IMG/VR virus record: IMGVR_UViG_3300048611_000032 | Coordinates: 1 to 28,834 of that record | Origin: a virus | Taxonomy: Duplodnaviria; Caudoviricetes | Reading direction: 5' to 3' (one strand) | Length of the DNA stretch: 28,834 nt | Part shown: in pieces, positions 8,210 through 17,900 of the stretch | Layout: each line of letters begins with the position of its first letter | How positions within the stretch are numbered: the stretch's first letter is position 1 | Made by a program: the position numbers and the translations under genes | The notes under the pieces: generated by a model | The model's input: the letters and a program-made list of their open reading frames with translations, nothing else | What the model was told of the DNA's origin: nothing | The model's database searches: none

Positions 8210-8488
8210 ATGACTATAGATTATAAAGTCCTTCCTATCGATTCCGACTTAGCTCCTTGCACTTTAGAACAAGCTGCTTTTGAAGTCGGGCCAGCGTTTG
8301 TTTATTACTTACACATCCACCCAAAGAGAGTTTGGGCGACAGCGCAAATAACCAAGCATGATTACATAAACTCTAACAGACCTTTAAACCCTCAAATCTC
8401 TATCGTAGTAGATGAAGGGATTGAAGTAGAGTCTGAATGGTTTCTATGCGCTAATGGAAAAGCCTGCGGGTCTGTTGGAGTAAGTTAA
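8210..8488 (+). CDS. Hypothetical protein
   Basis: GGAG upstream; fills the gap between MTase and polymerase. Confidence 0.6.
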   Translation: MTIDYKVLPIDSDLAPCTLEQAAFEVGPAFVYYLHIHPKRVWATAQITKHDYINSNRPLNPQISIVVDEGIEVESEWFLCANGKACGSVGVS

Positions 8489-8490
8489 GA

Positions 8491-11013
8491 ATGTCAGCCG
8501 TAATCGTCCCGCCTTCTGGTCCTATCCCTGCGAAGATAATGATCGTCGGGGAAGCTCCTGGAGAAGAAGAAGAACGTCGTCATGAACCTTTTGTCGGAGC
8601 GTCTGGTGCTGAGTTAACCAAGATGCTTGGCGAAGCCGGGATCTCCCGCAGCGAATGCTTCATCACCAACGTCTGTCGAGTTCGCCCTCCTAACAACGAG
8701 ATCAAACATTTCTTCGCTAAGACTAAAGCCGAACGCACAACCGAACACGTTAAGGTTAGAAACTTTTGGGTCTTACCTTCCATCGCCGAAGGCGTCGAAC
8801 GCCTTAAAATGGAAATCGAATCTGTCCAGCCTAACATCATCATCGCCGTCGGCAACACACCTCACTGGGCTTTAACCGGCCTATGCGATATCAAGCCTAA
8901 AACCGGCCTAACAGGTATCGGCAAATGGCGCGGAAGCATGCTTCATGAAGACCTCACCTCTCGTCGAACTCAACTTATCCCGACGTACCATCCTGCAGCA
9001 GTCCTCCGCCAATGGTCTTGGCGCAGTACTCTTGTCGCTGATCTACGCCGAGCTGTCCGTTTTAGGAATGGAGAGAGATTTCCTGACCCAGGATGGAAGT
9101 TTATTATACGGCCCGGATTTGACACTGTACTACGAGTACTGGTGGAATTACGAGAGCGACTCGATCAGGGTGAATGTCTACGCCTCTCTTTCGATATTGA
9201 AACCAGAGCCGGGCACATCGCTTGTGCAGGATTTTCGTGGTCACTTAAGGAAGCAATCTGCATTCCTTTAATGTGCGCGGAGCGGCGAACAGGTTACTGG
9301 AATGACGAGGAGGAAGCGTGGATAGTATTCAACTTACTACTTGTCTTAACCCACAAGAATGCTTCTGTTGTGGGTCAAAACATCCTGTACGACTCGCAAT
9401 ATACTTGGCGGCATTGGCACTTTGTCCCTCGTGTGACTCAAGACTGTATGATCTCCTGGCATTCTATCTTCTCCGACCTGCCGAAGAGTCTAGCGTATCA
9501 AGCCAGCTTGAACTGCAATTTCTACCGGTACTGGAAGGATGAGGGTAAAGACTGGGCGAAGAACATGGGGGAGGATCAACTCTGGTATTACAACTGCGAG
9601 GACTGTGTTTATACTGATGAAGTTGGACAGAGCGAACTGCAGATTGTTGAAAAGTTTAAGTTGAAATCAGTTCACGACTTTCAGCAAAAGATGTTCTGGC
9701 CTGTGTTGCAGGCAATGCAACGCGGCGTCTTTATCGACAAACGCAAGCGCAATGAACTTATCATGGAAGTGCAAGATCAAGTTGCGCATCGAGAACAGTT
9801 CTTGTTAGACGTTCTAGGGCACCCGCTTAATCCTAATTCTCCTAAGCAGATGAAGCAATTGTTTTACGAGGACCTTCAACTCCCAGTTCAAATGACTCGG
9901 GCTAAGAAAGGCGAACCGGCAAGACCAACTCTTGACGACGATGCTATGGCTAAGCTCAGCCGTATCGAGCCTTTGGTCCGTCCTTTAGTCAACTGCATCG
10001 CCGACTTGCGTACCTTAGGCCAGTTCCTTTCGAACTTCCTCTGCAAGCCCTTAGACATTGACGGCCGCATGCGTTGCTCTTACAATATCGGAGGAAGTGA
10101 AAGTGGGAAATCAGCCCCTAAAACTTATCGACTCTCATCATCTGAAAATGCCTTTGGATCTGGAACGAATCTCCAGAATATTCCTTCCGAAAAAAGCAAG
10201 TCCCTTGGTAAGGCGGCTGCTCGTGGAAACATTGCTGCGATTGGTGACCCGTATCAGTTCCCTAACATCCGGTCAATGTTCGTGCCAGATCCAGGTTACA
10301 CCTTCTTCGATGGTGATCTCGATCGAGCGGACCTTCAAGTCGTCGTCTGGGAAACAGATGATTTGATGTTGAAGGCTGCCCTTCAAATGGGGGCAGACAT
10401 TCACCTTATGAACTCGTTTGTTCTGCAGAGAAAAGAACCACCGCCGCTAGAAGAACTCGTCGAAACTCATCCCAAGTACCGCGATCATCGCGGCCCGCTG
10501 AAACTCGTCCGCGAATTCGCAAAGGTATTTTGCCATGCAACTAACTATGGCGGCGGCGCTAGAACAGTGGCTGCTAACACTGGAAGAACAATCCATGATA
10601 TTGATCGAGCGCAAAAGCTATGGTTTGGCGCTCATCCTGGAATCAAAACATGGCACGATAGAATTAAATCTCAAGTTAACAAATTCAGGTTCGTCGAAAA
10701 TAGGTTTGGTTACCGCTGGTACATATTCGATCGAATCGACTCAGTTCTGCCCGAAGCCATAGCCTGGATTCCGCAGTCAACCGTCAGCATCGTTATCAAT
10801 AAGATATGGATGAATATCTACGAAGGTATTCCTGACGTGCAAGTCCTCTTACAGGTCCACGATTCTTTATGTGGACAGTTTCCAACCCGTCGAAAAGAAA
10901 AACTCATGCCACTAATTAAATTAGCCGGTAAAGTTCTTATACCGTATGAAGATCCGCTGATTATTCCCTTTGGTTTAAAGACCTCGGAAGTTTCCTGGGG
11001 CGAGGTGAAGTAA
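8491..11013 (+). CDS. polA: Family A DNA polymerase with N-terminal family-4-like uracil-DNA glycosylase domain and 3'-5' exonuclease
   Basis: UDG: VGEAPG, PFVG.SG, ITNV..RPP.N, TYHPAAVLR. Exo: FDIET, GQNILYD, YNCED. Pol: RLSS...NLQNIP, motif A DLDRADLQ, motif B REFAKVFCHATNYG, motif C QVHDS. Confidence 0.96.
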   Translation: MSAVIVPPSGPIPAKIMIVGEAPGEEEERRHEPFVGASGAELTKMLGEAGISRSECFITNVCRVRPPNNEIKHFFAKTKAERTTEHVKVRNFWVLPSIAEGVERLKMEIESVQPNIIIAVGNTPHWALTGLCDIKPKTGLTGIGKWRGSMLHEDLTSRRTQLIPTYHPAAVLRQWSWRSTLVADLRRAVRFRNGERFPDPGWKFIIRPGFDTVLRVLVELRERLDQGECLRLSFDIETRAGHIACAGFSWSLKEAICIPLMCAERRTGYWNDEEEAWIVFNLLLVLTHKNASVVGQNILYDSQYTWRHWHFVPRVTQDCMISWHSIFSDLPKSLAYQASLNCNFYRYWKDEGKDWAKNMGEDQLWYYNCEDCVYTDEVGQSELQIVEKFKLKSVHDFQQKMFWPVLQAMQRGVFIDKRKRNELIMEVQDQVAHREQFLLDVLGHPLNPNSPKQMKQLFYEDLQLPVQMTRAKKGEPARPTLDDDAMAKLSRIEPLVRPLVNCIADLRTLGQFLSNFLCKPLDIDGRMRCSYNIGGSESGKSAPKTYRLSSSENAFGSGTNLQNIPSEKSKSLGKAAARGNIAAIGDPYQFPNIRSMFVPDPGYTFFDGDLDRADLQVVVWETDDLMLKAALQMGADIHLMNSFVLQRKEPPPLEELVETHPKYRDHRGPLKLVREFAKVFCHATNYGGGARTVAANTGRTIHDIDRAQKLWFGAHPGIKTWHDRIKSQVNKFRFVENRFGYRWYIFDRIDSVLPEAIAWIPQSTVSIVINKIWMNIYEGIPDVQVLLQVHDSLCGQFPTRRKEKLMPLIKLAGKVLIPYEDPLIIPFGLKTSEVSWGEVK

Positions 11014-11014
11014 A

Positions 11015-11203
11015 GTGGCTTTGCCAGAAGACTTTGAAGAAGTCGCTTTCATCAAGCAACAAATTATACAGCTAACCAACGGCTTACCAGCTGGTGTAAT
11101 AACTGTTGCTTTGATTGAAATTATCAGAGAACTTGTGTCGCAAGTAGACGACCCTAAGTTTGCGGCTATTGTTAAAACTGCTGTTAGAGAAATGCTTAGT
11201 TAA
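11015..11203 (+). CDS. Hypothetical small helical protein
   Basis: GAGGTG upstream of a GTG start, 1 nt after the polymerase stop. Confidence 0.6.
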   Translation: MALPEDFEEVAFIKQQIIQLTNGLPAGVITVALIEIIRELVSQVDDPKFAAIVKTAVREMLS

Positions 11204-11209
11204 TTTCAA

Positions 11210-11238
11210 ACGTTCATAACTCTCACAATTATCCACGT
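11210..11238. repeat. Palindromic site copy 2: ACGT-TC-ATAAC-TCTCACA-ATTAT-CC-ACGT
   Basis: Occupies most of the 41-bp spacer before the DUF3987-like gene. Confidence 0.8.
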
Positions 11239-11244
11239 CACAAA

Positions 11245-12471
11245 ATGACCAGCCCAACTACACCTTTGCCTTCTCCCCGCAACTTTCCTGATTGGCTAAC
11301 AGCTTATGTGCAATACGCTTCGTTCTCAGAAGCCCCAGCTAAAATGCACTTTTGGTCTGGAGTTTCCGCTCTTGCAGGCGCTCTGCGCCGACGCGTTTGG
11401 CTGGACATGGGATACTTTCGTTGGACTCCTTGTTTTTACATCATCATCGTAGCGCCGCCGGGAGTCGTCGCCAAGTCCACTACCGCCGACATCTCTATGC
11501 AGATTTTACGCAAGGTCAAAGGGGTAAAGTTCGGCCCGCAAATGGTGACTTGGCCGGCGTTGGTTAAGGCCTTTGCCGATTCCAAAGAAGAATTTGAATG
11601 GAATCAAGAATGGCATCCGATGTGTGCTTTGACAATTGAATCCAGCGAACTCGGCAACCTCATCAATCCAGCCGATCGTGAGATGATTGACTTGTTGGTG
11701 ACTCTCTGGGATTCCAAGACCGGCGGGTTTGATAAGGTTACCAAGACCTCCGGCAACGACGCCGTTGTTAACCCTTGGATTAACTTAATCGCCTGCACCA
11801 CACCTGCCTGGATTGAAGGTAACTTTCCAGAATACGTGATCGGCGGCGGATTTACTTCCCGTTGCATTTTCGTCTATGCAGAGACAAAAGAAAAGCTAGT
11901 CCCGTATCCTGGGTTAGAAATTCCTCCAGGGATTGAAGATGTTAAAACTGCCTTACTGCAAGACCTTGAACACATCGCCATTACTTTATCCGGACCGTTT
12001 AGCTTAGACTCTAAGGCGATTGACTGGGGGAAGTTGTGGTATCACAAGCATTATGAAAAGCCGCCGGAGGATCTCACCGACGAACGCTTCGCCGGATACC
12101 TAGCTCGCAAACAAACCCACATGCACAAGCTAGCGATGATCCTAAGTGCTTCTCGCAGCGACACTAGAGTTATCAGTGTAGAAGATCTTTACACTGCGAA
12201 TCAGATGCTAAGTAATTTAGAAAAAGACATGCCGAAGGTCTTTGCGAAAATCGGCAGAACTGAGCAGTCTATCCATGCTGAACGGTTTATTAAGCACGTT
12301 CAACAACAGGGCTCGATGACTTACGAAGCTGCTTATCAGTTCATCCATATACACTTTCCATTGCATAGGGACTTTGAAGGAATCCTGGCCGGTGCGATTC
12401 GATCCGGCCAGTTAAAGTTAGAAGGTAGTCAAACTGGTTATGTTATTAGAGCTGTTAAACCAGCTGCTTAG
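11245..12471 (+). CDS. DUF3987/YfjI-like ATPase, putative replicative helicase
   Basis: SEAP..FW..VSALAGAL, variant Walker A APPGVVAKST, SSELG, L..LWD, IACTTP, GGFTSR arginine-finger-like motif. Confidence 0.8.
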   Translation: MTSPTTPLPSPRNFPDWLTAYVQYASFSEAPAKMHFWSGVSALAGALRRRVWLDMGYFRWTPCFYIIIVAPPGVVAKSTTADISMQILRKVKGVKFGPQMVTWPALVKAFADSKEEFEWNQEWHPMCALTIESSELGNLINPADREMIDLLVTLWDSKTGGFDKVTKTSGNDAVVNPWINLIACTTPAWIEGNFPEYVIGGGFTSRCIFVYAETKEKLVPYPGLEIPPGIEDVKTALLQDLEHIAITLSGPFSLDSKAIDWGKLWYHKHYEKPPEDLTDERFAGYLARKQTHMHKLAMILSASRSDTRVISVEDLYTANQMLSNLEKDMPKVFAKIGRTEQSIHAERFIKHVQQQGSMTYEAAYQFIHIHFPLHRDFEGILAGAIRSGQLKLEGSQTGYVIRAVKPAA

Positions 12472-14432
12472 AAAAGACCTTCAAGCACCATTACGTAGAC
12501 AGTTATTGCTCCTGAACGATTTTCCAAATAAACACTGTCACCAAACCAGGAAATAGTAGTCGCGCCGTCTACGCCAGTAGTTCCATCAAGTGCAACGTTG
12601 GAAACAGTTACCCCCGATGACCCACCCCAGTCAACAGTCGTTGTACTTTCAAACCGCAAAATTCCATTAAACCTAGGTGTGGTGTTAGCAGAATCTCTAA
12701 ACAACTTAACACTAATCTGTGTATCCTGTTTACCAAGCCTAACTCTCGCTGCAGAATCGTCGACAAGGGTTATTCTATAAGTATTAATACCTACCTGACT
12801 TACAGTATCTACAAAATCCAGTCTGTATTTGTTAATGCTGTAATCAGTTTGTGTAAGTACAATATTATTCTGGGCGATAAACCCAAAGGCATCTGAAATA
12901 GAACTACCTCTAATAACACCAACCGTCGATCCAACAGGAGCAGCTTCATCTAAGATACAGACTAAGTTATCTCGAATAGTGTAGTTATAGATTTCCGCCA
13001 GTCCTTCAAGAAAGATAAGCGTGCTCTTAACATTACGAGCTATGTTGTCGTTAATAGTGAGATACTTGTTCTCGTCCATGCCTCCTGCTACGTGCATGAA
13101 AGAGTCAGGCATTTTTTCGTAAGAAACAGAATCGACTGTAGTAAAAGGCGCGCTAATACCTTCTTCAAACGTAGAAGAATAACGGTTGTGTTCGACAACC
13201 AGCCCTCCGCCGTATTGCTGCCAAACTGGCGTAAAACTAGCGCCTACGATTAAGTTATTGCGAACTGTTTCGTCACGACCTCGGATGGTAAAGCCTCGAT
13301 AAGCATTGAAAATAACATTGCTTTCGTAGACCGTTCCTGCGCAAGGTCCATGGCTACCATATGCTGAACCCCCTTGAGCGCCTAATGGGAAGAAAGGTGA
13401 GCCGTCTTCAGCATTTCCGCCGCCGAAGTATCTGTTCCCTGCAATAATGCAATACCAAGAAGGAACTCCAGTGTAGCCTGAAAGATCAATTCCACGTCTA
13501 CATTCTCTCCCTAATGTTTCTCGAATTGCTGTCCCCCAGCAACCTTCGACCAAAATTCCATAACCTAGCTGCCCAGAAATTGCAAGGTTAGCTCCAGCGT
13601 AAGTCCCTCTAAACACAGTGCCTTTATAACAGCGATGTACGTGTAGGCCAATTCTGGTTGAATTCAGTGCTCCACAATTTTCAATATAAGGATTGTCAGC
13701 TGCGAAAACTAACCAACCTCTTGAACTCCCGTTAATCCGCAAGCGTTCAAAATTAACGCCTTTCATCTTTATACTTATTGGTCGGTATACAGTAACAGTC
13801 GTTGTTCCAGCAGGCATACCACAAGTCAATGCGGCATCTAAAGTAACAGTTAATCCTGAGATCGCTGTAATCTTTGCTAACTGTCCTTCAAAGGCTAACC
13901 CTCGAGGGTCTGAGGGCCAAAGAGTATCATTCTGAACAACAAGTAAATCTCCATTCTGAACACCAGTTGCACTTGTTAAAGCAAGTTGCATTTCGTTAGG
14001 AAACGCGTCTGCAGTAGTTGTTGTTGTTAAAACAGTAGTGCCTAAGAACTGAGCTTGAGAAGTAGCTGGGGATGTATCACAGTAGAGTGTTGCTTGTTCT
14101 TCTCCATCGTAAGTAGACCAGTCAATGTTTAAACCTTCAAATTCCAGCGGAGTGTGGTAGTAAGTTACTCCTGACTTAAACTTCACCGGCGACCCAGAAT
14201 TAGTTGCTCTAACAATCGCCTGGGTCATGTCAGTTGTCCCCGGTACAGTGTTATTGCCGTAACGGTCTACAAACCCTGGCTTATAACCATAGTTTACAAT
14301 TGTGCTGCCGCCGATGATTTCGGCAGCTGTTTCCTCATAAACAGTAGCGAACAGGTTATTAACCATGTTCAACCACGCAGCACTGATTGCTGGTAGCCTA
14401 CGGGCGACGAAAGTCAATAGTGGGAGTGCCAT
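12468..14432 (-). CDS. Tailspike / receptor-binding protein with right-handed beta-helix
   Basis: N-terminal AAWLN and VDRYG...GTTDMTQAI motifs typical of the lead-in to a tailspike helix; repeated G/N/I beta-helix rungs (YGILVEGC, RRGIDLSG, TVRNNLI); last gene of the virion arm. Confidence 0.85.
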   Translation of the reverse strand: MALPLLTFVARRLPAISAAWLNMVNNLFATVYEETAAEIIGGSTIVNYGYKPGFVDRYGNNTVPGTTDMTQAIVRATNSGSPVKFKSGVTYYHTPLEFEGLNIDWSTYDGEEQATLYCDTSPATSQAQFLGTTVLTTTTTADAFPNEMQLALTSATGVQNGDLLVVQNDTLWPSDPRGLAFEGQLAKITAISGLTVTLDAALTCGMPAGTTTVTVYRPISIKMKGVNFERLRINGSSRGWLVFAADNPYIENCGALNSTRIGLHVHRCYKGTVFRGTYAGANLAISGQLGYGILVEGCWGTAIRETLGRECRRGIDLSGYTGVPSWYCIIAGNRYFGGGNAEDGSPFFPLGAQGGSAYGSHGPCAGTVYESNVIFNAYRGFTIRGRDETVRNNLIVGASFTPVWQQYGGGLVVEHNRYSSTFEEGISAPFTTVDSVSYEKMPDSFMHVAGGMDENKYLTINDNIARNVKSTLIFLEGLAEIYNYTIRDNLVCILDEAAPVGSTVGVIRGSSISDAFGFIAQNNIVLTQTDYSINKYRLDFVDTVSQVGINTYRITLVDDSAARVRLGKQDTQISVKLFRDSANTTPRFNGILRFESTTTVDWGGSSGVTVSNVALDGTTGVDGATTISWFGDSVYLENRSGAITVYVMVLEGLF

Positions 14433-14434
14433 GA

Positions 14435-14764
14435 TTACGTATCCAAAGTTAAATCAAATCCAACGTTGTCTGGGATCGAGCAGTCAGGTATAGCTAAATC
14501 TGGAATAGCTGATACACCGTTTAAACTGCAAACTAAAATATCAATATCAGTTTCAGGTTGGCTAAAAGGAACTGTCTGAACGTCTTTTACTGCTCGAACA
14601 AAGTCTTGAGGTTGCCGAGCTTCATTATGCTCCGGGCACCGCCACATGCCCTGCCAGTTCTTAACCATCTCGGAAGCTTTTCGCTTCCGTCCACACATGG
14701 AGCAGGCTACGTTCCAGTCACCCGGTGCGTAGTAGTCGCGAGAACCTTTAGTCGGACCGCCCAT
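14435..14764 (-). CDS. Phage protein with CxxC...CxxH zinc motif
   Basis: GDWNVACSMCGRKRKASEM...CPEHNEARQPQDFVR; lies directly before the tailspike. Confidence 0.8.
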   Translation of the reverse strand: MGGPTKGSRDYYAPGDWNVACSMCGRKRKASEMVKNWQGMWRCPEHNEARQPQDFVRAVKDVQTVPFSQPETDIDILVCSLNGVSAIPDLAIPDCSIPDNVGFDLTLDT

Positions 14765-14929
14765 TTAAATATACTCTAAGGCTTTTTTGTGATAGACTGG
14801 AAGCTGGTCAACCGGCACCGGCGCATAACCTTCAATCTTTATTCTACCATCAGCCATGCGACTGCATAAACCAAGACCTGGAACTTGCTTAGCTATTTTC
14901 CTGTGATGCTGATATTCTTCCTCAGTCAT
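14765..14929 (-). CDS. Small hypothetical protein
   Basis: ATG at 14929 overlaps the upstream stop (ATGACTGA), and its stop abuts the next ATG. Confidence 0.5.
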   Translation of the reverse strand: MTEEEYQHHRKIAKQVPGLGLCSRMADGRIKIEGYAPVPVDQLPVYHKKALEYI

Positions 14930-17900
14930 CACTTGCTGCCGGCTCTTCATAACTAAACCTCAAGTGTTCACGGTTTGCGCTAGGTAAATACTCTGCACGT
15001 TCTTCTTCAGTCATCTTATCCAGCAATCGTTTTTGTCGTTGCCAAGGAAGTTTCTCAAACATGCTGATATAGGGGTTAAAATCCTGCCCTCGTTTAAGAA
15101 CGTTTTGGGCCAGCCGCTGTTGCTCTTTAGCTGTTAACTGATATTTTTCCAGCATAGTTTCCAGCAATTCCCCGTAGCCTTCAATATCACCTTTGTCGTA
15201 AAGGCGGCTGAGTTCACGGCGGTCGTTGGAAAGTAAAGCAGTTTCGTAAGGCGTTTGCTTAGCCGCATAATACTTACGATAAAGCGTGGAAATCTCACCT
15301 TCTACATGAGATTGTTCAGCGTACTTCGGTGCTGGGCTAAACCCGCTGACGTTAAGAATAACGTCCTTTGCAGTTCGTTCGCTAACACGCGTTGCCTTCA
15401 TGCTGATAGGTTCAAGGTCGATGAAGGTGGCTTTGATCGTTTGTCTTAACTTCTCATGCCAAGGACTGTTAGGATCGCGGATTTCTTGATCCATCCAGTT
15501 TACGCCGGTCGCCCATTGCTTAACCATGCCGACAACGCCGGAGGCTTTATTCGAAGCAATATGCCATAGGCCAGGAGCTAAACCTTCATGCTCAATATGC
15601 TTAGCAATCGCAGCGAACTCTCTAGGGTAGAACATAGTGTTCACTCGTTCAGGATCGCCATTAGGTTTAGCGTTTCCGTTCTTCGGGTAAAGGTAGTCGA
15701 TCATTTCCTTAGGCGGCTCTCCGCCGAGAAGATAAGTCATCAGTCCGCCATACATTAAAGACTGAATTGTGTAAAACGACACAAACAAAGGTCGATCTAA
15801 CAAGCCCTTCTTAGCCTTTTGCGATAACGAACCTTTTGAAGTAACCGACTGGCCAACGTCTAAAAGGCCACCGCCGTACTCGCGAATGAAACCTAGGTTC
15901 CAGCCTAAGGACAAGGTGTTAGCAACAGCTAAGTCTTTAACCGTGCGGTTCCAGAACAAGGTGTTGTAAGCCATTTCGCCATAACGATTGTCAATCGACT
16001 TCGCCAACTTCCTAAAGGCTAACAGTCTTCGCCCTTTATCAGTAATCAAAGTCGGATCAACTTTAATCGCTGTCTGCACGTCTTTCAAGTAACTAGCGAT
16101 TTTCAGCGAAGGAATCCAGATCTCGAACATTGGTTTTTGCAGAGATTGAATAACTGCAAACGGTAAATACCAGACAGTTTTAACCGCACCTTCAGTTCTC
16201 TTTATCCCTGGTTCGTTAATAGTTTGCTGAATAGCTTTGCGTAAACTATCAATCGCGCCTGTTTTGTACTGCACAGACATTTCAGGAATCATTCCACCTT
16301 CAGACATGTATTGAAAGGCTTGTAGGTCAGCGCCGGTTAAAGACGCGGCATCGATCTTTCCCTGGTACGCCCGCAGCAGTCGACCTCCGAGCTTCGGGTT
16401 ATCCCAGACGCCTTTAAAGGGAATTCCTTTTGAACCATAAAGCCCGGCATCGATCATCTGCCCTAACCACTGAATAGGGTTAGTTTGGCCGCTGAGCAAG
16501 GCCTTAGACGCCCGCACCATTCCAGTAGCGTTGTCGATGGTAGCAACGTGAAGAGGGTGGAATAATGACAGTGCAAGTTTAACTGGAACAATCGTGTTCT
16601 TTAAAAACATCGCACCTCTAAAAGTATCGCCGACAAGCCCCGACATTGCCCAAAGAGATTTAGTATCAAAGGCGTTGTGTAAGATCGCATCGGCTTGGGC
16701 GTCAACCCAATAACCTTCACCAGTCGGTGACCGGCGGTAATTGGACTGAACTCCCTTTGGAGAATCAGGATCGTTTTTAGTTTTCTTCTTCGCTAAGCCA
16801 TAAGTTTCTAAGTCCCGCAGCAACGTCACTCGCATTTCCGCGATGTCGCTGGCGTGTTGGCGAGCAAGCATGATTTCTTCAGGGTTAGTGAACTGCGGCA
16901 CAAATCCAGCTTTAATCGCCTCGGCGTAAAAATCAAAGGCACGATCTTTAGTGAACTTCGGATCTCCCCACTTTGCGCCGTACTTAGCTTCAAAGTGCGC
17001 AGCTAACTTATCCCCATCTTTAAAGACATGGTAAAGATAGTTGTCAACCGGATCGTACTTAATCCCGAGATTTTGATCAGCAGTAAAGATAGCCTGATTC
17101 CGCTGACGAATGTTATCCGCCGCCTTTTGAAACACAGGGTTTTTAAACTTTGCTCCTGATTCGAAAAAAGAGATAAAGTCTAAAACAGCTTTCCCAGACA
17201 TCTTCTCCCAGAACCTGATTCGGTTCTTCGCATAGCCGTGGTTGGTGGCATCCTTGTTCATTGACTCAGCGATTTTATTCGCCAACACCGCTGCAGCCAT
17301 TTTAGCCTTCGGCCCTAAGGCTTCAGGATTGATAGTGCGGATGATCTCATCGTACCAAGCGGTTAGTTTACCCTTGACGAATAAACCGCCTGGTAGAGCG
17401 TCTAAGGTTGGACCAGAAGCAAAGATCTGAGTAGCTTGAGCAACGGCTGCTGGCGTTGGCTCAGCTGTTATAGTAGCGGTTGCCGCAGGACGACTTACTT
17501 CGTAAACAGGAATTCGTGGGTGATTGGAAACTTTAGAGCCATTGACTCCAGGAGAGTTAGGGTTTTCCTTAACTTCAAAGCCTTTTTTACTAAGAGCCTC
17601 GTAAACACGTTGAGCATCGGGGCTGACACTAAAGTCACTGGCCAAGGTTAGTCCTCGTTCAACAGCAATGTCAGCGAGAGTCGCCATCATCGCTTGAGAA
17701 TTACCTTTACCTCGTTCGCCTGGGACAACGTCAGCCCTCTTAACCTGAAGATAATTCCCGTTTTCCTGCGCTAATAGTTCACCAGTTCCTGAAGGCAATG
17801 CAACGGTATGTTGCCCAGTGTCTTCATCAACTGTATGTACAGGCGTATTAACAGTAGTAGGTTTAGCGGGGACTTTAGTTGGTAGTTCAGCGACAGTCTT

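Noticed and set aside
685-11013. Z-genome (2-aminoadenine) system
   Set aside because: No PurZ or HD-domain DatZ in the window; MazG-like and DUF5664-like genes alone are not diagnostic.
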